From contig JBBSEY010000001.1 in NCBI GenBank assembly GCA_038239265.1, forward strand, positions 3,325 to 67,324: a stretch of DNA of 64,000 nucleotides, given 5' to 3'. The DNA is from Gemmatimonadales bacterium (lineage in GTDB: Bacteria > Gemmatimonadota > Gemmatimonadetes > Gemmatimonadales > Gemmatimonadaceae). Shown one piece after another: positions 1 to 10,182 of this stretch (position 1 is its first letter; each line of letters opens with the position of its first letter). The notes under the pieces are model-generated. The model worked only from the letters and a program-made list of their open reading frames with translations, was not told where the DNA came from and made no database searches. A program made the position numbers and the translations under genes.

Positions 1-413
1 GCCTCGCGCTGCTCACTGCCGCGGTGATCGCCCGGTGGCTCTATCTCTGGCGTGCGCGCACGGCGCGCCGGGTGAGCGGAAAATGGCAGAAGCAAGCCGG
101 CGCAGTGCGAACCGACGCGTGGTCCGCCGCGCAGGAGCTCGCGGCGCGCGGCGACTTCACGGCGGCGGCGCACGCCCTCTACGCTGCGCTCCTCGAAGCC
201 GGCGCGCGCCAGAATCAGCTCAAGCTCCATCCCTCGAAGACCGCTGGCGATTACGTGCGCGAGGTGCACAGGAAGTCCTCGCCCCTTTTCCCGAACTTTC
301 GCGACTTCGCTCGCGCCTATGAGATCGTGATCTACGGCCTGGGCGAATGTAATCGCGATCTCTACGAGCGACTGCTCTCGCTCGCCACGCCGATCGTGCA
401 GCCTCGTGGCTGA
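1..413 (+). CDS. DUF4129-like domain protein, 5' end cut by window edge
   Basis: The frame is open from base 3 (LALLTAAVIARWLYLW, TM-like) to the stop at 411-413. The C-terminal pattern AGDYVREV..F..FARAYE.V.YG resembles DUF4129. It overlaps the next cassette gene by 8 nt. Confidence 0.6.
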   Translation, partial: LALLTAAVIARWLYLWRARTARRVSGKWQKQAGAVRTDAWSAAQELAARGDFTAAAHALYAALLEAGARQNQLKLHPSKTAGDYVREVHRKSSPLFPNFRDFARAYEIVIYGLGECNRDLYERLLSLATPIVQPRG

Positions 414-1632
414 TCGACAGGTCGACCGATGGCTCAAGCCGCGCTTCGTGCTGCCGGCGCTGCTGCTCGCGCTTGCGATCACCGTTATTCTCTCGCCGGC
501 CGCCGATGTCGTCGCCGGACGGTATCTCAGCACCCGTTCGCACGCGATGAGCGGGTCACGCGGGCTGCGCGATGTGCTCGACAGGCTCGGCTGGAGAACG
601 AGTGAGCGGATCGTGCCGTTCACTCAACCTCTCGACACCGCCTCGACGTACGTCATGCTCAGCACACCGCTCGATCCCGGCGCCGTCGAGGTTCATGCAC
701 TGCTCGAGGCCGTGCGCCGGGGAGCGAACGCGATCGTGGTGCCCGACGACGGGAGCGCGATCGCCGACTCGATCGGCGTGCGCGCATCGGGAAAATCGGT
801 GGGCACTTACTACCCCACGGAAGACAGCCTCTTCGGGCGGTACGATCCGGTCGACACTCTGCGCGAAGCGTTCGGCGTGCTCGACGCGCGTTCGTTTCAC
901 CGTTATCTGGAGGCGAAGCCCGCATCCGACTCCGATTCGGTGGGCGTCTGGCCCGTGGAAGCGTCGACGCTGCTCTCCATTCGCACCCCGATCCGGAGGC
1001 GCGTACTTCCCGAGATCGCGATTCTCCCGTTCGGACGCGGGCGGATCGTGGCGATCGCCGATCCGACCTTCTTCCGCAACGACGTTCTTCGCAAGATCGC
1101 CGGCACCGTGCTCGCGGTGCGCATTCTCGAGAGCATCGACGCGAGCCGTGCATCGCCGGTGGTCTTCGATGAGTATCACCAGGGCTACGGTGAATCGCCA
1201 ACGTTCACGGACGCGATGAACGTGGCACTGTTCGACACCACCTGGGGACACGCCACGCTTCAGGTGGCCGCCGCTGCACTTCTCCTTCTTCTGGTCGTCG
1301 GCGTGCGCCCGATCCCACCGACCTCGCGCGCGAAGCTCGAGCGACGATCGCCGCTCGAGCACGTGGGCGCGCTCTCGCGCGCGTACGAGGCGATCGGCGC
1401 CACGGGGCTCGCGGTGCAGCGCCTGGTGCGCGGGGTGCGTCGCCGCCACCCGCTCGGCACCGCCACCGGACTCACCGACCAAGGCTATCTGGCGCTCCTC
1501 AGGGTCCGACTTCCCGCACTCGGCAGCGACATCGACACGTTGACCAGCGCGCTCACACAGAAGTCCACGACCGAGCAGCTCGTCGCGGCTGGCGCAGCCA
1601 TTGACCACATCGAGAGGAACATCATCACGTGA
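406..1632 (+). CDS. DUF4350 domain-containing membrane protein
   Basis: 408-aa ORF with an N-terminal TM segment, a late TM segment and the VVFDEYHQGYG motif typical of DUF4350. It overlaps the MoxR gene by 4 nt. Confidence 0.7.
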   Translation: MADRQVDRWLKPRFVLPALLLALAITVILSPAADVVAGRYLSTRSHAMSGSRGLRDVLDRLGWRTSERIVPFTQPLDTASTYVMLSTPLDPGAVEVHALLEAVRRGANAIVVPDDGSAIADSIGVRASGKSVGTYYPTEDSLFGRYDPVDTLREAFGVLDARSFHRYLEAKPASDSDSVGVWPVEASTLLSIRTPIRRRVLPEIAILPFGRGRIVAIADPTFFRNDVLRKIAGTVLAVRILESIDASRASPVVFDEYHQGYGESPTFTDAMNVALFDTTWGHATLQVAAAALLLLLVVGVRPIPPTSRAKLERRSPLEHVGALSRAYEAIGATGLAVQRLVRGVRRRHPLGTATGLTDQGYLALLRVRLPALGSDIDTLTSALTQKSTTEQLVAAGAAIDHIERNIIT

Positions 1633-2588
1633 TCACTCCAGAACAGATCTCCGAGTCGCTCGCGAAGGTTCGCGCGGTGGTGTCGGAGCGGGTCATCGGG
1701 CAGGAGGGCGTGATCGATGAAGCGCTCGTCGCCTTCCTCGCGCGCGGCCACGCGCTACTGGAGGGCGTGCCGGGCACCGCGAAGACGCTGCTCGTGCGAG
1801 TGCTCGCCGGCGCCTTGAACACGCGCTTCGGGCGCATCCAGTTCACCCCGGATCTCATGCCGTCGGACATCACGGGGATCAATGTGCTTCGCGATGGCGG
1901 GCGCACGTCGGAGTTCCGCGCCGGGCCGGTGTTCACGGACATGCTGCTCGCCGACGAGATCAACCGCGCGCCCGCGAAGACGCAGGCGGCGCTGCTCGAG
2001 GCCATGGGGGAGCGCCAGGTCACGATCGATGGCGAGGCGCGCTCGCTCGGCGATCTCTTCACCGTGTTCGCCACGCAGAATCCCGTGGAGTACGAGGGCA
2101 CCTATCCGCTCCCCGAGGCGCAGCTCGATCGCTTCCTGCTCAAGATCCGCGTGTCGTATCCGTCGCGCGCATCGGAGTTGGGTATGCTCGACAACTATTC
2201 GCGCGGCTTCGACGCCGAGCGCGCATCGGATGTGCGTCCGCCGGCGGTGCTCGACGAGGCGCAGTGCCGCGAGCTTCGCGGTGCGGTCGATGGCGTGAAG
2301 GTGGCGCCCGAGGTTCGCGAGTACATCGCCGACATCGTCCGCGCGACGCGCGACGATCCCTCGCTCACGCTGGGCGGCTCGCCGCGCGCGAGCGTCGCGC
2401 TCTTCCGCACCTCCCGCGCGGCGGCGCTGCTCGCCGGCCGCGACTTCGCGACACCGGACGACGTGAAGCAGTTCGCACTCCCGGTACTCCGTCACCGGGT
2501 CATGGTCTCGCCGGAGGCCGAGGTCGAGGGGCGGAGCAGCGACGACGTGCTCGACGCGCTGCTCACGCGCATCGTGGCACCCAAATGA
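1629..2588 (+). CDS. MoxR-family AAA+ ATPase
   Basis: 319 aa with Walker A GVPGTAKT and Walker B LLADEINRA. The C-terminal lid region is typical of MoxR/RavA-like ATPases. Confidence 0.9.
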   Translation: MITPEQISESLAKVRAVVSERVIGQEGVIDEALVAFLARGHALLEGVPGTAKTLLVRVLAGALNTRFGRIQFTPDLMPSDITGINVLRDGGRTSEFRAGPVFTDMLLADEINRAPAKTQAALLEAMGERQVTIDGEARSLGDLFTVFATQNPVEYEGTYPLPEAQLDRFLLKIRVSYPSRASELGMLDNYSRGFDAERASDVRPPAVLDEAQCRELRGAVDGVKVAPEVREYIADIVRATRDDPSLTLGGSPRASVALFRTSRAAALLAGRDFATPDDVKQFALPVLRHRVMVSPEAEVEGRSSDDVLDALLTRIVAPK

Positions 2589-3934
2589 TCAGCGGTCGCG
2601 CGGCGCTCGCGCGGGTCGGTCGCGCGATGGTGAGCATGATCCCCACGCGCCGGCTCGTCGCAATCGTCGCCGTGTCGGCGCCGATCTGGATCGTCTCAAC
2701 CTCTCTCGCGGTGTTCGCGGTCGTCGCGATCGCGGTGGCCCTCATCGTCGACATGCTCCTGCTGCCGGCCAGCTGGCAGGTGGTGGCTGAGCGCATCGTG
2801 CGCTCGAACGTGGGGCTCGGCGACGAGGAGCGAGGGGAGTATCGCGTGCGCTCGACGGCACGACTGGCGCTGCGCTTCGCCTTGTTCGACGCGCTGCCGC
2901 AGGTGTTCGAATCGCCGGAGCCTCGCGGCGTCGCGCATTCCGTGGCGCCGGGTGGAGAGACGATCCTTCCCTTCACCTTCGTCGCGCGGGAGCGTGGCTC
3001 GTGGATCCTCGGGCCCGTGGTGTTGCGCATCGAGGGGGCGCTGGGGCTCGTGCGGCACAGCGTGCGCTACGATCCCGGAGACGCGGTCCTCGTCACCCCG
3101 TCGCTCGCCGGCGTGCGGAATCTCCGGCTGCTCGCGATTCAGCACCGCCTCCGCGACGCGGGCATTCGCTCGATCCGGAAACGCGGCGAAGGGAGCAGCT
3201 TCGCGTCGCTCCGCGAGTACGCGGTGGGCGACGATCCGCGTCACGTCGACTGGAAGGCGACCGCACGACGGCAGCGGATCATGACGCGCGAATACACCGT
3301 GGAGCAGGGGCAGACGGTGATGATTGCGGTGGACGCCGGTCGAATGATGACGCAGCTCGCCTCCGGTGTTCCTCGCTTCGAGTACGCGCTCTCGGCGGCG
3401 ACGCTGCTCGCGTCGGTCGCGGTGCAGGCCGGCGATCAGGTGGGACTGCTCCTGTTCGACAACGAGCTGCGCGCGTTCGTTCCGCCAGCGCGCGGCGATA
3501 AGGCTATTCGCGGCATTCGGCAGGCGCTCATCCCCGCGCGCGCGACCATGACGGAGCCGGACTACGCCAGTGCGTTTCGGACGCTCGCGACGAAGCATCG
3601 CAAGCGCTCGCTGATCGTGCTCTTCACAGATGTGATCGACCCGCGCTCATCGCAGGCGGTGATCGCGCACACCGTACGGAGCGCGATGCGACATCTGCTC
3701 GTGGTTGTCGCGCTGCGCAACGACGAGCTCGTGAGCGCAGCGATCCCCACGCAGCACAGCTCATCGAGCGATCTATACGCCAGTGTGGCCGCGGAAGAGC
3801 TGCTCGGGGCACGCAACGAAGCCATCGTGCGCATGCGGCGTGCCGGGGTATCGGTGCTCGACGTGTCGCCGAAGCGGCTCGCGAGCGCCGTCGTCAATCA
3901 CTACCTCGAGCTCAAGGCGCGCGGGTCGGTATAG
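2585..3934 (+). CDS. DUF58 domain-containing protein
   Basis: ATG at 2585 overlaps the MoxR TGA (ATGA). Two TM helices are followed by REYAVGDDPRHVDWKATARR, the DUF58 signature, and a vWA-like C-terminal half. The upstream 107 codons of the listed ORF are Arg-rich shadow sequence. Confidence 0.85.
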   Translation: MISGRAALARVGRAMVSMIPTRRLVAIVAVSAPIWIVSTSLAVFAVVAIAVALIVDMLLLPASWQVVAERIVRSNVGLGDEERGEYRVRSTARLALRFALFDALPQVFESPEPRGVAHSVAPGGETILPFTFVARERGSWILGPVVLRIEGALGLVRHSVRYDPGDAVLVTPSLAGVRNLRLLAIQHRLRDAGIRSIRKRGEGSSFASLREYAVGDDPRHVDWKATARRQRIMTREYTVEQGQTVMIAVDAGRMMTQLASGVPRFEYALSAATLLASVAVQAGDQVGLLLFDNELRAFVPPARGDKAIRGIRQALIPARATMTEPDYASAFRTLATKHRKRSLIVLFTDVIDPRSSQAVIAHTVRSAMRHLLVVVALRNDELVSAAIPTQHSSSSDLYASVAAEELLGARNEAIVRMRRAGVSVLDVSPKRLASAVVNHYLELKARGSV

Positions 3935-5742
3935 GCGAACTCCTCGGCGGGTGCCTCCTCTTCGTCACCGCGTCCGCGCGAGAACCAGAAGGCGAGGAGG
4001 ATCGCCGTCGCAACCGAGACTGCCGCCTTCACCGCGAAGGGAATGTCGGTGCGCGGGGAGATCAAGCCCTCGATCGTCCCGGCAGCGAGCAACATGAGGG
4101 TGGATGCGGAGATGAGCCGGAGTGCGCGCCGGCCGTTGATCACGAATGCCTCGCGCCGCGTGACGACACCCGGAACCAGAAACGCCCATGCGAGCAGAAA
4201 GCCTCCGCCGGCCGCGATGCAGATCGCGCTCAGCTCGAGCACGCTGTGGGGAACGACGAAATCGCGAATCTGGTGGAAGATCCCGTGGTTGGCGTACAGG
4301 CCGAACGCCGCTCCGATACTCACGCCGTTGAACACCAGCATGATGACCGTGAGAATACCCGCGGTCATCCCGGCCGCGAATACGCCGAAGGTAACCTGCA
4401 CGTTGTTGCGGATGATCGTGCTCGCCATGATTGGGCGCTCGAAGTCCTTCGTCGAGAGATACTCCTTCTTCCCCGTGCTGTCGCCGTGCGCGCCCTGGGT
4501 GACGCGGTCGATCATTCCAGCGGGGAGGAGCTGCGCGGCGAGCTCGGGGCGCTGCCGTAGCAATCCGAACGTCACGGCCATCGGCGCGAAGAGGAAAAAC
4601 GCGGCGGTGAGAATGAATGCCGCGGAGCGCCGCACCTCTCGCGGCACGGAGACGGACACATAGCGCCAGACGTCGCGCAGCGACAGTCCGCGCTGGCGAT
4701 AGAGAAGGTTGTGGGCGGCGCCGAGCAGCCGGCTCACGTAGAAGATCTCCTGCTGATCCTCGTTGTCGGATGCAGTGCGGAGCCGCGCGAGATCGGTTGA
4801 GACCTCACGGTAGAGTGAGACGAGCCGGCTCACCTCTTCGGGGGACATTGCGCGCAGGCCGCGACTCTGCGCGGCGGTGAGCGCGGTAGAGAAGTCGCGC
4901 CATCGATCGGCATTGATCGCCACGATCGCGTGCCTCTCGCGCGCGGCTCCCTTCGCGCCCGGCGCCGGAAGCCCGCGCGCGCGCGCGTCACTCTCGGCCT
5001 CGAAGAGGCGCAGGAGCTGCGCCATCGGCGCGCTGCCGTCATCGGCGAGATGGTCGCGGTAGCGCACGGCGATCTGCGCGGCGAACGTGGAGCGCAGCGC
5101 AGGCTCGAGCTCCGTGCGTCGCGCGACGAAGCGGCTGAGCAGCGCGAACTCCTCTTCCGTGAGTTGCGACGTGATCGCCGCGCGCGTCGCGACATCGGAG
5201 GGCGCGCGCGTGGCGGAGGTGAGGAGTGCGCGCTGCTCGTGGACGACGACCGTTCCGGCGACGATGTCGCCGAGGCGCTTTCCGGACTTCGAGATCATCA
5301 TCGTGATGAACCCGAACGCGTACACGATTCCGGGCTGCATGTCGAAGAGGCGAAGGAGATTGCGCGCGGCGGATGCGCCGAATGACACCGAGTAGCCGCC
5401 ATCCTGGACGACTCGTATGCCGAGCATCCGCTTGCCGGGCGACTGCCCATCCCAGATCGCCTCGAACAGCACGTAGTAGCCCCAGAGCATCACGAACGAA
5501 AGGAGAAATCCGAAGGCGACGAACCATCCACCCGAGAGCCTTTGCGCAGTCGTCGCGTGGCCGCCGAACGCCGAGGCGATCTGGGCGGTCAGGAGGAAGA
5601 TGGAGATTTGTCCGACTGCGATGATCGCGAGATCGATCAACGCGGCCGCAGCGCGCGAGCCGGGGCCGGCAATCGTGTACGACAGGATCGTCTGTTCAGG
5701 CGTCTCGATCTCGACGCGGCGCTCGAGCGACTCGGTTGTCAC
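3901..5742 (-). CDS. RDD-family domain fused to stage II sporulation protein M-like (DUF95) membrane domain
   Basis: 613 aa. The N-terminal ~170 aa have RDD-type TM topology (AALIDLAII..., GKRMLGIRVV). A soluble linker follows, then a C-terminal multi-TM region (PHSVLELSAICIAAGGG) typical of SpoIIM/DUF95. Confidence 0.75.
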   Translation of the reverse strand: MTTESLERRVEIETPEQTILSYTIAGPGSRAAAALIDLAIIAVGQISIFLLTAQIASAFGGHATTAQRLSGGWFVAFGFLLSFVMLWGYYVLFEAIWDGQSPGKRMLGIRVVQDGGYSVSFGASAARNLLRLFDMQPGIVYAFGFITMMISKSGKRLGDIVAGTVVVHEQRALLTSATRAPSDVATRAAITSQLTEEEFALLSRFVARRTELEPALRSTFAAQIAVRYRDHLADDGSAPMAQLLRLFEAESDARARGLPAPGAKGAARERHAIVAINADRWRDFSTALTAAQSRGLRAMSPEEVSRLVSLYREVSTDLARLRTASDNEDQQEIFYVSRLLGAAHNLLYRQRGLSLRDVWRYVSVSVPREVRRSAAFILTAAFFLFAPMAVTFGLLRQRPELAAQLLPAGMIDRVTQGAHGDSTGKKEYLSTKDFERPIMASTIIRNNVQVTFGVFAAGMTAGILTVIMLVFNGVSIGAAFGLYANHGIFHQIRDFVVPHSVLELSAICIAAGGGFLLAWAFLVPGVVTRREAFVINGRRALRLISASTLMLLAAGTIEGLISPRTDIPFAVKAAVSVATAILLAFWFSRGRGDEEEAPAEEFAYTDPRALSSR

Positions 5743-7199
5743 TGCGACGAGAGGTCGGCGATGAGCAGTGTCATGAACGCGACGCCTCGCGCGTAATCGT
5801 GCACCCCGATTCGCTCGTTGGTGCCGTGAATGCGCTCGAGGTCGCTCGCGCCGATCTGCATCGGGAGAAAGCGATACACATCGCGCGCGTAGCCGCCGTA
5901 TTGGCGCGAATCCGTGGCCGCGACTACGAGCGAGGGCGCGACGACCGCATCGGGCTCCAGCACTGTGATGTCGCGCGCGAGCGTGCGATACGTTGCCGAT
6001 GTCGTGCTCGACACGGGTGAGGGCGGCGTTGCGACACCCGAGATCGTGACGACGACGTTCGTATCGTCGACGACCTTCTTCACGTGCTCGACGACGCTCT
6101 CGGGCATCTCCCCGGGAATGATGCGGAAGTTCACGATCGCCTGGGCGCGAATGGGAAGTACGTTCTCCTTCGGGCTGCCCTGAATCATGGTGGGAGCGGT
6201 CGTCGTGCGCAGCGATGCGTTCGTGACCGGCGAGCGAGCCATCATCTCTACCACGAGCGGACGCGTGAGCCAGAGATTGGCCATCATCACTCGCGCGCTC
6301 AACCCCATCTCCGGGCCGAGCTGCAACAGCATCCCTTCCGCAGCCCCGTTCAGATGCGCGGGGAGCGGGTGCGTTTCCAGCCGATCGATCGCCCGCGCCA
6401 GAGTACCCACGGCGGTTCGTGGAGGGGGCATGGAGGAATGACCACCCGCAGACATCACGGTGAGCTGCACGCTCATGTGCCCCTTTTCGGCGATGCCGAT
6501 GAGCGCCGCGGGGCGCGCGACGCCGGCGATGATCCCGCGGATCACGGCGCTCCCCTCGTCGATCGCAACCTGCGGATGAACGCCGCGCGACTTGAGAAGG
6601 GCCACGATGGCGCCGGCACCGTGACCATTGACCTCTTCGTCATCGCCGAAGGCGAGGTAGATCGTGCGTTTCGGCGTGTAGCCCCTGGCCACGAGCGCCT
6701 CGATGGCCTCGAGCGTCGAGAGCACACCGACCTTGTCGTCGAGCGTCCCGCGCCCCCACACGAAGCCATCCGCGATGTCTCCGGAGAACGGGGGATGCGT
6801 CCATGCACCCTCGGATCCCTCCTCCACCGGAACGACATCGAGGTGCGACATCATTACGATTGGCTCGAGTGCGGGATCGCTCCCCTTCCATTCGAAGAGC
6901 AGGCTGGCGGGCGCCACGACCTCGTGTGTGAGTGCGGCGTAGCTGCGTGGATACGTCTGCTCGAGATAGGCGTGGAGTGCACGCATCGGCACGAGTCGCG
7001 GCCCCGAGTCCTGCTTCGAGATGGTCGCGAAGCGGATCGAGCCGGCGAGATGGCTCGCGAGAAGCGAATCGTTCTGAGGTGCGAGCGTTACGTCGGCCCG
7101 CACGGAGGCGCGCGTGGGGGTGAAGCGCATCGTGCGCACGGCGATCACGGCGACGACCACGAGCAGTCCGGTGCCCAGGAACGCAGCGAGCTTCTTCAT
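5739..7199 (-). CDS. M20-family metallopeptidase (carboxypeptidase-like)
   Basis: Start moved to MKKLAAFLGTGLLVV (ATG at 7199), which gives a signal/anchor sequence. M20 motifs are present: SHLDVVP, GTLDDK, FGDDEE. The stop overlaps the start of the RDD/SpoIIM gene by 4 nt. Confidence 0.85.
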   Translation of the reverse strand: MKKLAAFLGTGLLVVVAVIAVRTMRFTPTRASVRADVTLAPQNDSLLASHLAGSIRFATISKQDSGPRLVPMRALHAYLEQTYPRSYAALTHEVVAPASLLFEWKGSDPALEPIVMMSHLDVVPVEEGSEGAWTHPPFSGDIADGFVWGRGTLDDKVGVLSTLEAIEALVARGYTPKRTIYLAFGDDEEVNGHGAGAIVALLKSRGVHPQVAIDEGSAVIRGIIAGVARPAALIGIAEKGHMSVQLTVMSAGGHSSMPPPRTAVGTLARAIDRLETHPLPAHLNGAAEGMLLQLGPEMGLSARVMMANLWLTRPLVVEMMARSPVTNASLRTTTAPTMIQGSPKENVLPIRAQAIVNFRIIPGEMPESVVEHVKKVVDDTNVVVTISGVATPPSPVSSTTSATYRTLARDITVLEPDAVVAPSLVVAATDSRQYGGYARDVYRFLPMQIGASDLERIHGTNERIGVHDYARGVAFMTLLIADLSSQ

Positions 7200-7278
7200 G
7201 TCGCAATTTGGCGGCGGCAGCGGCGCTGTCCAGAGCGGTGACAGAGGCCGGCCACTATCTTCCTGCATCCGTTTCCCA

Positions 7279-10143
7279 ATGTATCGAATGCGACCACACA
7301 CACGCAGAAGTCACGCCGGCAGCCGAGCCGCGACGCTCGCGCTCTTCGCGCTTGCAGCGGTCTCGGCCAGCCACCTCGGGGCGCAAGAGAGTGCGCACGT
7401 CGAAGCGCCGCCGAAGCTCACCGCTCCGCTCCCGGTAGATCCGGCCATTACGACGGGGGTACTGGCGAACGGGCTTCGCTACTACATCCGCGTGAATCAC
7501 AAGCCCGAGAAGCGCGCGGAGCTTCGACTCGTCGTGAACGCCGGCTCGGTGCTCGAGGACAGCACGCAGCGCGGGCTCGCGCACATGGTCGAGCATATGG
7601 CCTTCAGTGGCACCACGCACTTCAGGAAGCAGGAGCTCGTCGACTACCTCGAATCGACGGGCGTCCGCTTTGGTGCGGACCTCAACGCGTCTACCAGCTT
7701 CGACGAAACGGTGTACCAGCTCACCGTGCCGACCGACAGCACGAAGCTGTTCGACAAGGGCTTCCAGATACTCGCCGACTGGTCGCGCGGGCTGACCTTC
7801 GACTCCACGGAGCTCGCACGCGAGCGACATGTCGTGATCGAGGAATGGCGGCTGGGACGCGGTGCAGCGGCGCGCATGCGCGACAAACAGTTTCCGGTGA
7901 TCTTCAGCGGCTCGCGCTACGCCGAGCGGCTTCCGATCGGCGACAAGCACATTCTCGAGACCGCTCCGCGCGCGACCGTCAAGCGTTTTTACGATGACTG
8001 GTATCGCCCGGACCTCATGGCGATCGTCGCCGTGGGCGATTTCGACAAGCTCAAGGTCGCGCGCCTGATCAGGGCGCGGTTCGGGAGCTGGCCTGCCAGG
8101 ACGGGCGAAAAACGGCGCACGACCTTCCCCGTGCCGGATCACGACTCGACGCTCGTCACGATCGCGACGGACAGCGAAGCCACGCGCTCGACCGTCGCCG
8201 TCTACTATTTGCAGCCGCTCCAGCCACAGAAGACCGTGGGCGATTTCCGCACAGAGATGATCGGATCGCTCTACAACGACATGCTGAACGCGCGCTTCCA
8301 GGAGATCGCGCAGCGCCCGGGCGCGCCCTTCATCGGTGCGTTCTCGAATCAGGGGCGGCTGATCCGCTCGAAGGAGGTGTACGTGCTCACCGCGCTCGTG
8401 CCCGATAGCGGCGTCGAGATCGGCCTGCGCGCCGCCCTCACCGAGGGGGAGCGCGTCGCGCAGCATGGCTTCACGCCTACGGAGCTCGACCGCGCCAAGC
8501 GGGAGATGCTGCGCGGCATGGAGAGCGCGTACGCCGAGCGTGAGAAGACACCCTCGGCGTCGTTCGTGGCCGAGTACGAGAGCGCCTTTCTCGAGCACGC
8601 GGCCACGCCGAGCATCGCGCAGCAGTACAAGCTCTATCAGCAACTCCTTCCCGGCATTGAGGTCGCCGAGGTGAATGCGCTCGCGCACAAGTGGCTGGGC
8701 AATCGGAGCCGAGTGATCGTGGTGAATGCGCCACAGAAGGCCGCTTCCGCACTGCCGAGCGAGGAGGCGCTCCGCGCCGTGCTCGACAGCGTCGCCCATG
8801 TGACGGTCGCAGCGTACACGGATTCGGTATCTTCCGCGCCGCTGATCGCTGCGATGCCCACGCCAGGGAAGGTCGTCTCTTCGAGCCGCATCGCATCGGT
8901 GGGCGTCACCGAATGGAAGCTCTCCAACGGCGCGCGCGTGCTCATCAAGCCGACGGACTTCAAGGACGATGAGCTCCTGTTTCGTGCGTACGCTCCTGGA
9001 GGCACGTCCGTGGTGAGCGACTCAGACTACCTCGATGCGACGGTCGCAACCGCCGCAGTCGACGCCGGTGGGCTCGGCACATTCAACGCGACCTCGCTGC
9101 AGAAAGCGCTCGCCGGCAAGTCGGTGCAGGTCGGCGAATATATCGGCGCGATCCAGCAGGGGATCTCGGGCGGCGGCTCGCCGAAGGATCTCGAGACGCT
9201 CATGCAGCTCATCTACCTCACCTTCACCGCGCCGCGAGCCGACAGCGCCGCGTTCGAGGCGTATCGCAACAAGATCGAGGTGCTCCTCGCGAATCGTGCC
9301 GCGAGTCCCACCGCGGCCTTCGCGGACACGCTCGATCTCACGCTGGCGCATCACCACCCGCGCGCGAAGGCGCCGACCGCGCAGGACATGGAATACGTGC
9401 GACTCCACCATGCGATCTCGATCTACAAGCAGCGGTTCGCGGATGCGAGCAACTTCACCTTCGTTTTCGTCGGCACGATAGACACGACGAAGCTCAAACC
9501 GCTGATCGAGCAGTACGTCGCGAGCCTCCCATCGACGCACGCGGGGGAGCAGTGGAAGGACATCGGGATGTCGTACCCAACGGAAGTGATCACACGCGAG
9601 GTCAAGCGCGGGATCGAGCCGAAGGCGCAGACGGCCATCGTGTTCACAGGCCCCTTCGACTTCACTTGGAAAAACGTGCAGCAGATCAACGCGCTCTCGG
9701 ATCTGCTCGAGATCAAGCTCCGCGAGCGACTGCGCCAGGATCTCGGCGGCACCTACGGTGTGGGGGTGAGCGCGAGCCCGACGCATTTCCCCAGGGAGAG
9801 CTACGCGCTGCGCATCGACTTCGGATCGGCTCCTGAACGAGCGGCCGAGCTGCAGAAGGCCGTCTTCGCGGAGATCGACAGCGTCAAGGCCAACGGCGTG
9901 TCGGAGAAGGATCTGCAGAAGATCCGCGAGGCGGATCTTCGCGCGCGCGAGACGAGTCTCAAGCAGAACCGGACGTGGCTGAGCCTCCTCGCCAGCTACG
10001 ACGTGAACTCGTGGGATCCCGCTCTCATTCTCAAGTACGATGACGAGGTGCGATCGTTCAGCTCGGCCGGACTCCAGGCGGCGGCGCGAAAATATTTCGA
10101 TCTATCGCGCTACGTCGTCGTACAGTTGCTGCCGGCGCACTGA
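7279..10143 (+). CDS. M16-family (pitrilysin/PqqL-like) zinc peptidase, double-length
   Basis: Start at ATG 7279 (MYRMRPH...) with a signal peptide ending HLGAQE. The inverted zincin motif HMVEH (HxxEH) is present. About 950 aa, containing two M16 active/inactive domain pairs. Confidence 0.85.
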   Translation: MYRMRPHTRRSHAGSRAATLALFALAAVSASHLGAQESAHVEAPPKLTAPLPVDPAITTGVLANGLRYYIRVNHKPEKRAELRLVVNAGSVLEDSTQRGLAHMVEHMAFSGTTHFRKQELVDYLESTGVRFGADLNASTSFDETVYQLTVPTDSTKLFDKGFQILADWSRGLTFDSTELARERHVVIEEWRLGRGAAARMRDKQFPVIFSGSRYAERLPIGDKHILETAPRATVKRFYDDWYRPDLMAIVAVGDFDKLKVARLIRARFGSWPARTGEKRRTTFPVPDHDSTLVTIATDSEATRSTVAVYYLQPLQPQKTVGDFRTEMIGSLYNDMLNARFQEIAQRPGAPFIGAFSNQGRLIRSKEVYVLTALVPDSGVEIGLRAALTEGERVAQHGFTPTELDRAKREMLRGMESAYAEREKTPSASFVAEYESAFLEHAATPSIAQQYKLYQQLLPGIEVAEVNALAHKWLGNRSRVIVVNAPQKAASALPSEEALRAVLDSVAHVTVAAYTDSVSSAPLIAAMPTPGKVVSSSRIASVGVTEWKLSNGARVLIKPTDFKDDELLFRAYAPGGTSVVSDSDYLDATVATAAVDAGGLGTFNATSLQKALAGKSVQVGEYIGAIQQGISGGGSPKDLETLMQLIYLTFTAPRADSAAFEAYRNKIEVLLANRAASPTAAFADTLDLTLAHHHPRAKAPTAQDMEYVRLHHAISIYKQRFADASNFTFVFVGTIDTTKLKPLIEQYVASLPSTHAGEQWKDIGMSYPTEVITREVKRGIEPKAQTAIVFTGPFDFTWKNVQQINALSDLLEIKLRERLRQDLGGTYGVGVSASPTHFPRESYALRIDFGSAPERAAELQKAVFAEIDSVKANGVSEKDLQKIREADLRARETSLKQNRTWLSLLASYDVNSWDPALILKYDDEVRSFSSAGLQAAARKYFDLSRYVVVQLLPAH

Positions 10144-10182
10144 CGGCGCGGCGCGTGGACTCGATTCGCTGACCCTCAAACC

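Noticed and set aside
2264-2584. Long N-terminal extensions in the ORF track
   Set aside because: The affected ORFs are 2264-3934, 16821-18293, 34373-35941, 47099-48721, 60348-61781 and 61747-63567. The extensions overlap the upstream genes, are Arg-rich, and end exactly where ATGA/GTGA coupled starts give sensible N-termini (TM or signal sequences).
7255-8799. 514-aa ORF on the - strand
   Set aside because: It is antisense to the M16 peptidase gene, which has an unambiguous HxxEH motif. The composition is that of a shadow ORF.
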